Under the pieces are notes generated by a model. It searched no databases and had not been told where the DNA came from. It saw only the letters and a list, made by a program, of their open reading frames with translations. A stretch of DNA of 64,000 bases from IMG/VR virus record IMGVR_UViG_3300023181_000271. One strand, given 5' to 3'. Both the position numbers and the translations under genes were made by a program. Origin of the DNA: a virus. Below, piece after piece: positions 11,181 through 21,290 of the stretch (position 1 is its first letter; the number at the start of each line of letters is the position of its first letter).

Positions 11181-13856
11181 TTAAAGTCCAAACCTGTGCA
11201 TTATATTTAAGTCGTATTTAAACCGCCTAACCATTTCCGAATTACCTGCTTGATTCGGGTGTGTTCCATCATTGAATAATATGGCGTTTAATCGGGGGGC
11301 GGGGTGCGTGCTATCTATTGTAGGGAAATTTTGCAAAGCCGTACACAAATCAAACTTTGCGCCTTGCTTACCAAACGTATCTATCCTCGAATTTACAGCG
11401 ATATGTAAATCATTAGTTACGCAAGTAACATGATTAAGTATCAATTCAATACCATTGGTTGCACAGAAATCTACGATTGATTGGTACTGTGCAACAGTAC
11501 CAATACCATTTATACCTATTTTAACAGAAAGTATTCTAGGTTTAATGTATGCTATCTCATTAGTAAGCGCGGTAATACAGCCTGCTACAGTCTGCCCGGC
11601 CATAGACACATTGCACGCATCATTGTTATAGTAGTCCATTAACTGAACAGCCCAATTTTTATAACATCTACCATTATCTTCAGTAATACTATCACCTGTA
11701 AAAGCGATATACGGTCTGAAAGGCCCATAAATTGAACATTGACCTACCGAAATAGATGTGCCTGACACCAACTCCATGCAATAGAAGGGCCTATGATTTC
11801 CTGCGCCTAAATCATAGTTTAAACCATTTAGATAATCAAACCGAACTTCTACCATAGCTAAAGACCTCGGATCTATTAGCCTGACAATGGTTAATGTAGC
11901 TCTTCGTTCTAACTCAACCCAATATTCTAACCCGGGAGTTATTGCGAAAGTTATAGCGGTAGTGCCAATAATCGTAGTGGTAGCACGCCTGTTGAGATTG
12001 ATTATAAGATTAGGGATATCTATTACACAGCTTGTGTCATATACAAAATTGGCATTAACAGTACCTACCTTAAGTATGCTATCTGCTTGTGGAAATATTG
12101 ATTGCCTGAACAATCTCCGATCAGAGGTATACTGTCTATTTAATATAAGTTTCGAGCCAGCTGTGGTACTTGTCGCAAGCCCGTTAGATAGTACCCAAGC
12201 ATTAAGAGTCCACTCAGTTGTTGGTTGTGAAAAGTTATATTCATAAAACTTAGTCGACCTGCCTAAATTTTTTGCAATTGATGTTAAAGTATCACTGGAC
12301 TTTTTTGCAATATCTTTTACGCCTACCCAATCTTTACTAACCATATTAACAAAGGCTCCTTTTAGCGTGCTAGTACTTGAAAATACATCACCTGCAGTAT
12401 TATAGTAGCAGTTAAACTGAGTTTGCAAACTGGAATCACTAGTATAGGCAATAGCCACACCTTTAAAAGCAAGATATTGCCCTTGATTTACAACTATAGG
12501 CCGCTCCAGAGTCTGAGTAACAATGTTTCCTGAATATGACCTAATTGATGGACTTACGTCAACAAGAGAAACAACAGTAACCACACCAGCTACTATCTCA
12601 CAAATTTTAACTTGTGTAATTTCATCAATAATTGGACTGGTGGATTGAAAAATAAATTGATAAATACTTTTTGGTTTGTCGATCGGGACGCCATTCATAA
12701 TAAATGAAGCATATCCTGAATAGACTGCATATGTACCACTCAGCCAATCAAATGGTATGATTGGCGTCAGGCTTTCCTTATAACCGGCATATAAGTCCTT
12801 TTGCATCAAAGTTAGATCGTCAATCTTACTGCTACTTACGTATGTAGCTGTAAAAAATAGCTTAAAAGTTTGAGTAGTAGTTATGGATGGACTATCACCT
12901 ATAGCTAGAATAGAATTACCTAATGCAAATGCCGTATATCCAGTTACAGGCTGCTCGTACAACGATATTGTTGGAGAAAAGCCGATATATACATCAGAAG
13001 TATACACTTTATTGATCGTATAAGTATTATCACCTACAACAGTAGAGATCGGTATCTTGTCCAATAATGTAAATGAGTTGCCTACTTTGGAAAATAATTG
13101 TATGAATCCATTGGATGCGGTGCCCGCTTTTAAATATATGTACTTAGTTCTTTTATTGGCTGGTATAAATATATTTGCATCCACCCAATTTTGACCAGTA
13201 ACAGCTGTAGTTGCTGTGCCGCTAGTTGTAATGGTCTGAACCACATCAAGGCCATCCAGTACTGGTTTAAATAATTCTGAAGGAACATACTTAGACAGGT
13301 CGCTAACATTAGCCTTACTGAGTAAATCATCAACCCATACAGCAGATGTTCCTGGCACATCTGTAGATAATGCTGCTCCGCTTGAAATCCAGTATTTGCC
13401 TAAATAAGCTACGGCCATACCTAGACTATACGCTTGAGCAACCCATGATGGTATACGCGAAACTCCGGCTGTACCTGCTGCGCCTCGAATATCAACAGCG
13501 TTGGCAATAACTGTAGAAAAACCAGTTGCAGTAACATAGCTATTGATATTCTCAGTGGGCTTTGTTCCGGCTCCACCTGTATAATCAACTAATTTCTGAA
13601 CAATCCTGGTTCCATCTACAACATTAGCAAATACAGGCTGCCATCCTTTATCTCCCGGAAGTCCCCGTTCAGAATAAACCTGCCAGTAGGCAGTATTCGT
13701 GGGGAGCGTACCGGCAGGTACAGATCCAGATGTCGAAACAAGATATGACGCACCTAAATAACTAACAAAATCAAGATATTCATAATTTGCAGTAGCTGCA
13801 TTCCATGTTCCCCGTGGAGTATTACCTACCTTCCCTAAATTTACTGTTGTTGCCAT
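11181..13856 (-). CDS. Tail fibre/receptor-binding protein with C-terminal SGNH (GDSL) esterase domain
   Basis: 891 aa; C-terminal blocks FTGDSITEDNG (block I GDS), GINGIG (block III) and DGTHPN (block V DxxH) of SGNH hydrolases; Gly/Thr/Ser-rich fibre-like N-terminal region. Confidence 0.65.
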   Translation of the reverse strand: MATTVNLGKVGNTPRGTWNAATANYEYLDFVSYLGASYLVSTSGSVPAGTLPTNTAYWQVYSERGLPGDKGWQPVFANVVDGTRIVQKLVDYTGGAGTKPTENINSYVTATGFSTVIANAVDIRGAAGTAGVSRIPSWVAQAYSLGMAVAYLGKYWISSGAALSTDVPGTSAVWVDDLLSKANVSDLSKYVPSELFKPVLDGLDVVQTITTSGTATTAVTGQNWVDANIFIPANKRTKYIYLKAGTASNGFIQLFSKVGNSFTLLDKIPISTVVGDNTYTINKVYTSDVYIGFSPTISLYEQPVTGYTAFALGNSILAIGDSPSITTTQTFKLFFTATYVSSSKIDDLTLMQKDLYAGYKESLTPIIPFDWLSGTYAVYSGYASFIMNGVPIDKPKSIYQFIFQSTSPIIDEITQVKICEIVAGVVTVVSLVDVSPSIRSYSGNIVTQTLERPIVVNQGQYLAFKGVAIAYTSDSSLQTQFNCYYNTAGDVFSSTSTLKGAFVNMVSKDWVGVKDIAKKSSDTLTSIAKNLGRSTKFYEYNFSQPTTEWTLNAWVLSNGLATSTTAGSKLILNRQYTSDRRLFRQSIFPQADSILKVGTVNANFVYDTSCVIDIPNLIINLNRRATTTIIGTTAITFAITPGLEYWVELERRATLTIVRLIDPRSLAMVEVRFDYLNGLNYDLGAGNHRPFYCMELVSGTSISVGQCSIYGPFRPYIAFTGDSITEDNGRCYKNWAVQLMDYYNNDACNVSMAGQTVAGCITALTNEIAYIKPRILSVKIGINGIGTVAQYQSIVDFCATNGIELILNHVTCVTNDLHIAVNSRIDTFGKQGAKFDLCTALQNFPTIDSTHPAPRLNAILFNDGTHPNQAGNSEMVRRFKYDLNIMHRFGL

Positions 13857-13857
13857 G

Positions 13858-14418
13858 TTATTGTTTCGTTAAAATGAGTTGTTTTCTGCTATTCAAAGCA
13901 AAAGTGTATGTTGATTTGTCGTCCTTGGTTACCAGCAAGTCCATATTTGCGTCTACATTAAAGAAGAATTCACCATCAGTTTTATAGGGGACTGGCTGTA
14001 ATATTTCATCAAATGTGAATTGAACCTCTACTGCTATTTTACTTGTAAGATTGGTAATACGGTGCCAGCTGATCCCATCAGGCTGTAATCTGGCATTCAT
14101 CTTCACTCCAAGATGTACAGCCTCTAAAGTCACATAAGGCTGATATAGGAATCCTGGTAAAGCGATTTTTGTCGAATTATAAATGCTGATATTATCGCAG
14201 TATACGATCCCTTTAATAGTTGGTGTTCGCGGCTTTTGAATTACTGGTGCTAATAAATCATATTCCAGTATACCCTCAGCCCATTGATATTTATCTGGCT
14301 CTAACGTTCCAGCTGGTTTCTCAAAACTGTCGGCCGTTGTTAAATCCCGAGTAGGCAGAATGTTGAGTGCCTGAAAAAGGTTGTAACCATTAATATTGTA
14401 TTGCGCTGTGATCGCCAT
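13858..14418 (-). CDS. Hypothetical tail-module protein
   Basis: 186-aa ORF between beta-helix gene and fibre gene, preceded by conserved 95-bp element. Confidence 0.4.
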   Translation of the reverse strand: MAITAQYNINGYNLFQALNILPTRDLTTADSFEKPAGTLEPDKYQWAEGILEYDLLAPVIQKPRTPTIKGIVYCDNISIYNSTKIALPGFLYQPYVTLEAVHLGVKMNARLQPDGISWHRITNLTSKIAVEVQFTFDEILQPVPYKTDGEFFFNVDANMDLLVTKDDKSTYTFALNSRKQLILTKQ

Positions 14419-14423
14419 AAAAC

Positions 14424-14526
14424 AAATTTACCCCCACTATGAACAGAGGCCGGATTTATGGTTTTACCAATAGCCAATGGTAACGAACAAGCACGCGTAA
14501 CAAGACAAGGCTTTCTTATTGAGCAC
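14424..14526 (-). promoter_or_regulatory. Copy B of ~95-bp conserved upstream element
   Basis: Shares aaatttacccccac...ggttttacca-N8-tggtaac...gtaacaag...tattgNtgagcac blocks with 8144-8239; central 20-bp palindrome inverted relative to copy A. Confidence 0.5.
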
Positions 14527-15853
14527 CTACACCTACGAATTTTGATTTGAAGGTTGTAAGATCGGTAACCGCCTCCTGCCAAGTGTTTAAGTATAGATTA
14601 CCAGAATCCTTTACAATATTACCCCCATTTGAATTGGTCATATTTCCGATCGCATTAGCGGGCCTGTACATATCAAATCCAAAGTTGTTGTAATATGAAA
14701 TTTTACCGCCCGTATTATAAGTATCCAGCATCACCCCTTCCCAGTCTTTAGATATAGTAAGGTGCCCAGCTGTATTATTATATACATAAGCATCGGTATA
14801 ATTAATAACTCCTTTATGTGAGGTTAAGAAATCTACTATATGCTGTGGTGCCTGTAATTCAAATGCGCTATACTTCCAGCTGTTATAAACGATATTATTA
14901 TAAATCTTAATGTCCTTCACCGTGCTGCCAAAAGATACGCCCCAAGCCCTAATTGCATTTCCCTGATGGTTAGTGATCTTATTATCATGAAATGAGCCAT
15001 TGCCGGTAATCATGAAAATACCATTATGAATGCCATTAGGTGCCGACTTATCGTAGACATTATTGATATTGTTCACTACGTTACCTGCAATCTCATATCC
15101 ATCCAAAGCGGATGCGTACATGACTGTGCCAATAGTCGGGCAGTCTACAAATTTGTTATTCAAGATTTTTATCCCTGACATATAGGTGGTAATTCCACCA
15201 TCGCTGTAACCTCCTCCTAGCCCGATACCTTGTCCTACATTGGTGAAGGAGCAATTTTCTATACGCCAATCTTTTGAATTGGTTTTATCTGTACCATCCC
15301 AGATCCCTGCATATTCATAGGTGATCACATTGCTTTTAATATTCTTAAAAGTCAAATCATGCAGGTAAATTCCTGTACAGAAACCCCTAATATTGACAGC
15401 ACGATACGATTGATCAGCCATTGTTAATCCATACAACTCAAAGTTATTTGCATTATTAATATCGAATGAACTGTAGTCTGAATTAATTGTAACCCCTGTA
15501 GCATCAATCACAACATTGGTGGCACTGGTAAAACCTATGCTCCAATAATTGCCCGGTTTAATTTTGAACTTCTTATTTGCAAGTACACCTAAATCAAGCC
15601 TTCCGGAGCCGGTACCTACCAGGATCCAAGTAGGATGAGACAATAGGTAATCTTTGTAGGCTTTGGTCACGACAGACTTCGCCACACTTCCAGTGATCGT
15701 TAGTACGGTTCCATCGGAATACTTTACCGTATTGGTAACGACTGATGCGCTCGTATAAGAAATAGTTTTCCCATCAATAGGGAAAGATCCTGTTTGTGCT
15801 GATGCAAACATAGTGTAGCTGATCAGCAATAGCGTTAATAGTTTTCTCATCAT
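14516..15853 (-). CDS. Sec-signal right-handed beta-helix (pectate-lyase-like) protein; candidate depolymerase or secreted moron
   Basis: N-terminal signal peptide MMRKLLTLLLISYTMFASAQ; multiple PbH1-like repeats (NCSFTN, ILNNKFVDC, IAGNVVNN, FHDNKITN, IYNNIVYNS). Confidence 0.6.
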   Translation of the reverse strand: MMRKLLTLLLISYTMFASAQTGSFPIDGKTISYTSASVVTNTVKYSDGTVLTITGSVAKSVVTKAYKDYLLSHPTWILVGTGSGRLDLGVLANKKFKIKPGNYWSIGFTSATNVVIDATGVTINSDYSSFDINNANNFELYGLTMADQSYRAVNIRGFCTGIYLHDLTFKNIKSNVITYEYAGIWDGTDKTNSKDWRIENCSFTNVGQGIGLGGGYSDGGITTYMSGIKILNNKFVDCPTIGTVMYASALDGYEIAGNVVNNINNVYDKSAPNGIHNGIFMITGNGSFHDNKITNHQGNAIRAWGVSFGSTVKDIKIYNNIVYNSWKYSAFELQAPQHIVDFLTSHKGVINYTDAYVYNNTAGHLTISKDWEGVMLDTYNTGGKISYYNNFGFDMYRPANAIGNMTNSNGGNIVKDSGNLYLNTWQEAVTDLTTFKSKFVGVGAQ

Positions 15854-15866
15854 ATTATTTGTTAAA

Positions 15867-18800
15867 TTATCTTCCTACTCCCTGTTGCGCTTTCAATTGA
15901 TCATCCATCTTTCTGTTCATGGATACCAGTGAATTTTCAATGCTTTCTAATCGATTTGTGTTATCGGCTGTCCTGAGCGTATTAGCTGCAATCTTCTGAC
16001 TTTCCAAAAGGTTTAATGAACTCATATTCAATATTTGAATCGCAGTCAAACCCATCGGTTTAAGGATGTTATTTGTTTCCAATTGCGTTAACCTGAAACC
16101 TGCAAAATGCCCCGCTAATACATCTGCTTGTGTGGCTGTAATTGCTTGAATTCCGCTTTTAATTGTTCCTGATGAATCATCAGAACCTAATAAATTTGAC
16201 CCAGTAATCTTTTTAAACTCTTCAAATTTCTTTAAAGCATCGCCAGTAAGGGAGGTGAACAATCCATTTAAGGTGGCAATCTCATCAGCAGTTAATTCAT
16301 CGCCACTCTGCGCGGCCTTATCAAATTCACTATAAAACTTCTCCATAGCACCAGCAAGCACTTTATTCTTAAATATGCTTAGCGCCGCGTCATCCATTGT
16401 CTGTTTAAAGAAATCTGCCAGATCCTGAGCAGACGTTTTACCAGAAGCAAACATCTCAGCGAGTGTATTCGTTAGATTGTCGGAAGTAGTACCCGTGAAT
16501 AGTTCCGATGTTTCTTTAGCCAAATCAGCAATAGCCTGTTCAGCATCGTATCCTTTCTGCTCTAATTCCTTCAACCGCTCAACTAAGGCCTTAGCATCAC
16601 CTTCCAGTTTACCTTGTGCAAGTAGATTGCTTAACTCCTGAAAGCTTTTACCCTGGAGACTTCCATAGGTCTTGTCTACTTTTGCTTTACGGAACCAGGT
16701 ACCATGCGTATAAGTCTCATTAGCGATGAACGACTGGCTTTGCAACTTCGCCATGATCTCTGCAGCTTCCTTCGTATATGCTTCGTTCTGCGACTTTCGT
16801 AATGCCAACTCATCCCTGATACCTTGCAGTGCAACCTTATTATTCCTGACCGTTTGAAGTTGCCTTTCCTTCAACATATCCTGATATTCACGTTCGCCAG
16901 CAATTGCATTGATATAGAAATCTTCAACCTCTTTACGAGCAGCAGCGTTCATCTCTTTTACTTTTTTTCCAATAGACAAGAGCCCTGTTACAGCAGTTAC
17001 TGCTTTAGTTACTCCACCAACGATATCTCCACTTGCAAAAGAAGAAAAAGAACCTGCAGCATCTGATCCAACCTTAACTAGTTTGCCAATCGTATCTAAT
17101 AAGTATCCCGCCTGTGTATCGTTACCACCTAATGATGTCGATAACTCATCGAAACTACTTGATAAGGCACCAAGGTCTTTAGATACTCCAGCAGCAAACT
17201 CAGAAGATGTTCCTTTTAAATAACTAAAGTTTTCAGCAATCTTATCACCCCAAGAAGCAGCACCATCACCATTTTTATCGATCTCCTTAATCTTAATACC
17301 GATAGCCGCTAACCTGGTAATGATTGCTTTGTAATCATCTTCGCTTAAAATGATTTCATTACCATCTTCGTCCTTTACATGAAGCTGATCACTTACCCTC
17401 TTAAATTCATCCTTTAAGTTTTGAAGATTACCTTTATCAATTCCAATTTTAAAAGATAATTTAAGTGCATCTAGGCTTTTCTGAACTTTGATAACTTGTT
17501 CTGCTGGTAAGGTGCCGGATCCTAGAACACCCTCTAATGCCCTGATCTGTTGAACCAATTGTTCTCTTGTCAGAATTAAAGCTTCTTCTGCCGCCCTTTT
17601 ATACACAGCAGACTTCTGCAGCATAGCTGACGACAATTGGTCAATTTCATCCTGGTATGCCTTAGTACGTACAGCACGATTACTAGCATTAGCATCACCA
17701 GTCATTTTTTCAAAATCAGCATTAAACTTCTCAGTCGCTGTAGTTTTAGCCTGTTGATAAGTAGCATTGGTAAGCAAAAGAGCGTTATAATTATCCCTTT
17801 CTTTTTTCTGCTCTTCTTTGATACGATTTGCAACAATAATTAAACGCTCCTGCTCCGGACCAGATAGAAGCTTTCCATTTATAGAATTAGATACCCCCTT
17901 ATAGATTAGCTTTGAGTACTCATCTTTCAGTGTATCCAGATAGTTTTTAGTACTTCCTAATTCAGTAGCAAACCTTTTCTTAGCAGCAGTTTCACCAATT
18001 TCTTTTTTTGCCTGTTCGAAGTCAGTATATAATACTTTTTGTTTATCCAGTTCAATAGTTAACTTGGCAGTATTCTGTCTATAAGTTACTGCCGCAAGTT
18101 CTTTCTTCTCACCTTCAGCCAAGCCGCCTGCATCTACACTTAATCCCTTTGCTTTATTTTTAACATCCTTATTAAATGCAGCCGCTTCAGCTCGCATCTT
18201 AATATACTTATCCTTTACGGACTCAATTTCCTGTTGATCAGCGGACAATTGTCTATCTGTACCGGCCTTTATAAGTTCAGCAATCTTTGTTTGTAAATCA
18301 TTTCTCGCTTTTAAGGCTGAAGCATATTGATTCTTTTCTGTAATGCCAGAGTTGTCAATACCACCATTGGCAAGTTTTAACTCTTTTCGTAAGTCTTTTA
18401 ATTTCTTAAGATTCGACTGATATTGTGCAGTGGTGTATCCCAGTTTCTTATTTGCATCTACAAGCGCTTTGATATCTGCCTTAATATCATCAGTAGTTCT
18501 ACCTTCTCCTCCAGCGCCATCGAAAGTCTCCTGAACAGCACCATAGAGACCAGTATAAGATTTTCTAAGTTTATCAACAATGGATTGTTGCTGCAATAAA
18601 GGAGCCTGCAGATTTTTGAACCTGTCAACAAAAGGTTTAATTGCAGCTTCAGAATTCTTAGGATTTTTAGCGTATTCTTTAGCATAATTGGATTGCTCAT
18701 ACAACCGATTCAACTTGCTTTGCTGAATATCAATCGCCTTTTTTAAAGAAGGTTCATCAATATTAGTATCAACAATCAACTTTGATTTGATCGTAGCAAT

Positions 18801-21002
18801 ACCTTCGATCTTATCCCGGTTAGCAAGAATTGTAGATTGTCTTTCTTCAGCTTTGATAGCTGCAATAGCATCTGCATTTCTTTTTGCAGCAGCAGTTGGT
18901 CCAGATAATATATCACCAAAACCACCACCAAAACCTTTAGCTAGCGTGCCAAATCTACTAATTATCGTATCCAGGTTCTTGATCAGTATTGTTGCAGCGT
19001 CGATGCCTCCTTTGAAAAACTGGCCAATGCTACTGTCAGGATTAGTAGTTACATTGGTAATGGAATTACCTAATTTATCCCATGATGCAGCAAGGTTGTT
19101 GTTTTTCTCTTCAAAGTTTTCTGATAAAATAGTATGCTCCTCATAAAGGTCATTACCTGTTTTAACTTTCTTACTTAAGCTTTCTTGATTTAACGCCAAA
19201 GCTGTTATTGCATTGGTTGCAGCACCAACTTTAAAACCTAATGTACCCAGTCTATCGTTAAACTCAGTCGTAGTTGGATTGCCAGCTTTCAATCCTTTGA
19301 AGAATAAGTCCAGTGCCTGTTTAGAGTCTGTATTTACAAGTTTGGTGAACTTTTCTAACGTTAAAGTTGAATCAGCAAGCTGAGCAATCGCAAAGTACTT
19401 TTCTCTCTTTCCGGATAAGGAAGATATCAACCTACTAGTTGATGATGCTGCAATCTGAGCACTTACCCCTGCCTCTGACAAGACTGCACCATAAGCCAGC
19501 ATAGTCGGCAATGATAACTTTGCTACCCGAGCTGCACCAGCAGTTCTTAAAGTGAAATCTTGAAGGAACTGAACGTTAATTGGTCCAGTGTGGGATATAC
19601 CAAGAATAGCAGATCCTACCTTTTTAAGTGACTCTTCTAAACTAATATTCTCCTTTGAAGTCAGCTTATAGATTGAAATGATTTTTCCTAATGATCGGGC
19701 GACCGTCTCAGCACCACCTGGGAACTCCCTTTTTAAGACAACTGCTAATTGGTCAATAGTCTCGATATAACCTACAAGATCTTTCTTTGCAACCGCAAGC
19801 TGCCCCCCAACAAAACCAGTGTCTAACAGACCAGATAAATTGGTTCTTGTATCAACATCCTTAAGTGTAGTAACTAATACTCCTACCTCTTCCGTTGACT
19901 CCCTTGCGGTCCTTTTTATATCGGAAATACTATCAGACAATTCTAAGTTAGCATGGAATACACTTTTTATTGCTGCCACTGCTGCGTACAAAGTCAAGTA
20001 TGAGGCCACCATGCCAACAATCTGAGAACCTAAACCTGATAAAAATCCACCGGTCTTTTGGATAGCGTTTCCAAACTCATCAAAACCTTTTTTTCCAGCA
20101 CTATTTAACCTTTGTAATTCCTCCTGAGTCTGACCAATCTTTCTGTTTAGCGCAACGATGTTCTCAGCACCCTTAGCAGTATTTGGCTGTGCACGTACAG
20201 CATCAGAATAAATCTTTAGCCTATTAGTAAGCGTCTCCTGATAGCCGATCGTCTTTTTGATCGCATTCCCTACCTCATCAAAACCGGCTTTTCCGGCATT
20301 TTTTGTTTTGACAATTGCTGCAGCTGTTTCCTCTAGTTTACGATTGTACTTAGCGATAAGTTCAGGATTGGTCATTGATGCTGCACCATTCTTATAAATT
20401 TTTTGCAGCTCAATCAATCTATTTAAAGTTCCAACAGGACGTTCAATGGAAACTTTCATTGCATTACCCAACTCGTCAAAACCATCTTTACCAATATTTT
20501 TGGTTCTGGTAATCTGAATAGCAACATCAGCAAGCTTTTGATTGTATTTAGCAATTGCATCAGTATTAGCCATCCCAACTAATCCAGCTTTGTAGATGTT
20601 TTGTAATTCTATTAGCCTGGCAAGTGTACCAACTGGTCTTTCGTAAGACGTTTTAATCGCATTACCAAGGTCATCAAAACCTATTTTACCAATATTGGTA
20701 AGCCTCTTTATTTCAGCTTCAAACTCTTGAATCTTTTGATTGTATTTTTCAATACCAGCAACAGACATAGCGGAATCTGCAGAGGCTTTAAACTCAGCCA
20801 ATTTTGCTTTAAGCCTTTCAAGAATTCCATTATTAGCATCTGCAATTTTCTTAGCAAATCCTTCCACCTTTTCACCCTGAGCTGTGGCATTGCTTGCCAG
20901 CCCATTCACCTTGGTGTTCATGGTATTTATCGTCGCATTGAAGCTCTTATCGTTTATCGTTGCATCAAAATGTAATCCACCGCCTGTTGTTGAAGTGCTC
21001 AT
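15867..21002 (-). CDS. Tail tape measure protein
   Basis: 1711 aa, coiled-coil rich, internal ~44-aa tandem repeats, TM-like segment, located between chaperone and distal tail genes. Confidence 0.9.
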   Translation of the reverse strand: MSTSTTGGGLHFDATINDKSFNATINTMNTKVNGLASNATAQGEKVEGFAKKIADANNGILERLKAKLAEFKASADSAMSVAGIEKYNQKIQEFEAEIKRLTNIGKIGFDDLGNAIKTSYERPVGTLARLIELQNIYKAGLVGMANTDAIAKYNQKLADVAIQITRTKNIGKDGFDELGNAMKVSIERPVGTLNRLIELQKIYKNGAASMTNPELIAKYNRKLEETAAAIVKTKNAGKAGFDEVGNAIKKTIGYQETLTNRLKIYSDAVRAQPNTAKGAENIVALNRKIGQTQEELQRLNSAGKKGFDEFGNAIQKTGGFLSGLGSQIVGMVASYLTLYAAVAAIKSVFHANLELSDSISDIKRTARESTEEVGVLVTTLKDVDTRTNLSGLLDTGFVGGQLAVAKKDLVGYIETIDQLAVVLKREFPGGAETVARSLGKIISIYKLTSKENISLEESLKKVGSAILGISHTGPINVQFLQDFTLRTAGAARVAKLSLPTMLAYGAVLSEAGVSAQIAASSTSRLISSLSGKREKYFAIAQLADSTLTLEKFTKLVNTDSKQALDLFFKGLKAGNPTTTEFNDRLGTLGFKVGAATNAITALALNQESLSKKVKTGNDLYEEHTILSENFEEKNNNLAASWDKLGNSITNVTTNPDSSIGQFFKGGIDAATILIKNLDTIISRFGTLAKGFGGGFGDILSGPTAAAKRNADAIAAIKAEERQSTILANRDKIEGIATIKSKLIVDTNIDEPSLKKAIDIQQSKLNRLYEQSNYAKEYAKNPKNSEAAIKPFVDRFKNLQAPLLQQQSIVDKLRKSYTGLYGAVQETFDGAGGEGRTTDDIKADIKALVDANKKLGYTTAQYQSNLKKLKDLRKELKLANGGIDNSGITEKNQYASALKARNDLQTKIAELIKAGTDRQLSADQQEIESVKDKYIKMRAEAAAFNKDVKNKAKGLSVDAGGLAEGEKKELAAVTYRQNTAKLTIELDKQKVLYTDFEQAKKEIGETAAKKRFATELGSTKNYLDTLKDEYSKLIYKGVSNSINGKLLSGPEQERLIIVANRIKEEQKKERDNYNALLLTNATYQQAKTTATEKFNADFEKMTGDANASNRAVRTKAYQDEIDQLSSAMLQKSAVYKRAAEEALILTREQLVQQIRALEGVLGSGTLPAEQVIKVQKSLDALKLSFKIGIDKGNLQNLKDEFKRVSDQLHVKDEDGNEIILSEDDYKAIITRLAAIGIKIKEIDKNGDGAASWGDKIAENFSYLKGTSSEFAAGVSKDLGALSSSFDELSTSLGGNDTQAGYLLDTIGKLVKVGSDAAGSFSSFASGDIVGGVTKAVTAVTGLLSIGKKVKEMNAAARKEVEDFYINAIAGEREYQDMLKERQLQTVRNNKVALQGIRDELALRKSQNEAYTKEAAEIMAKLQSQSFIANETYTHGTWFRKAKVDKTYGSLQGKSFQELSNLLAQGKLEGDAKALVERLKELEQKGYDAEQAIADLAKETSELFTGTTSDNLTNTLAEMFASGKTSAQDLADFFKQTMDDAALSIFKNKVLAGAMEKFYSEFDKAAQSGDELTADEIATLNGLFTSLTGDALKKFEEFKKITGSNLLGSDDSSGTIKSGIQAITATQADVLAGHFAGFRLTQLETNNILKPMGLTAIQILNMSSLNLLESQKIAANTLRTADNTNRLESIENSLVSMNRKMDDQLKAQQGVGR

Positions 21003-21005
21003 AGT

Positions 21006-21290
21006 TTATAGCCCTAAATCTTTTCGTAATTCTGCTGCCTCGTCTTCAGGAGAAATGAAGACTTCATCATCTGGTTTATTCTTGCTTTTGGTTTCAGTAT
21101 CAGGGATAGTTGCTAGCTCCATCATAAGATTCATCCAACTCATATCCCATAGTACTTCAGCTCTTGTACTGCCTGGAAAGAACTTTCTGTAAGCATTAAT
21201 TAAACTCCAAGGGCTATTATCCCCCTCATCATTGCTCGGCCTCTCTATTCCTGTTCCATCGCAGGTGTCGCAACCTTTTCCGGCACACTC
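21006..21290 (-). CDS. Predicted -1 frameshift extension (T part) of tail assembly chaperone G/GT
   Basis: Open -1 frame overlapping 3' end of the 170-aa gene and running to 3 nt before the TMP start; candidate slip site GGAAAAG near 21273-21281; encodes CPECAGKGCDTCDG zinc-knuckle-like motif. Confidence 0.45.
   Translation of the reverse strand, partial: ECAGKGCDTCDGTGIERPSNDEGDNSPWSLINAYRKFFPGSTRAEVLWDMSWMNLMMELATIPDTETKSKNKPDDEVFISPEDEAAELRKDLGL

Noticed and set aside
16824-21192. Multiple short plus-strand ORFs within the tape-measure gene region
   Set aside because: All lie antisense to a continuous 1711-aa coding frame with clear repeat structure
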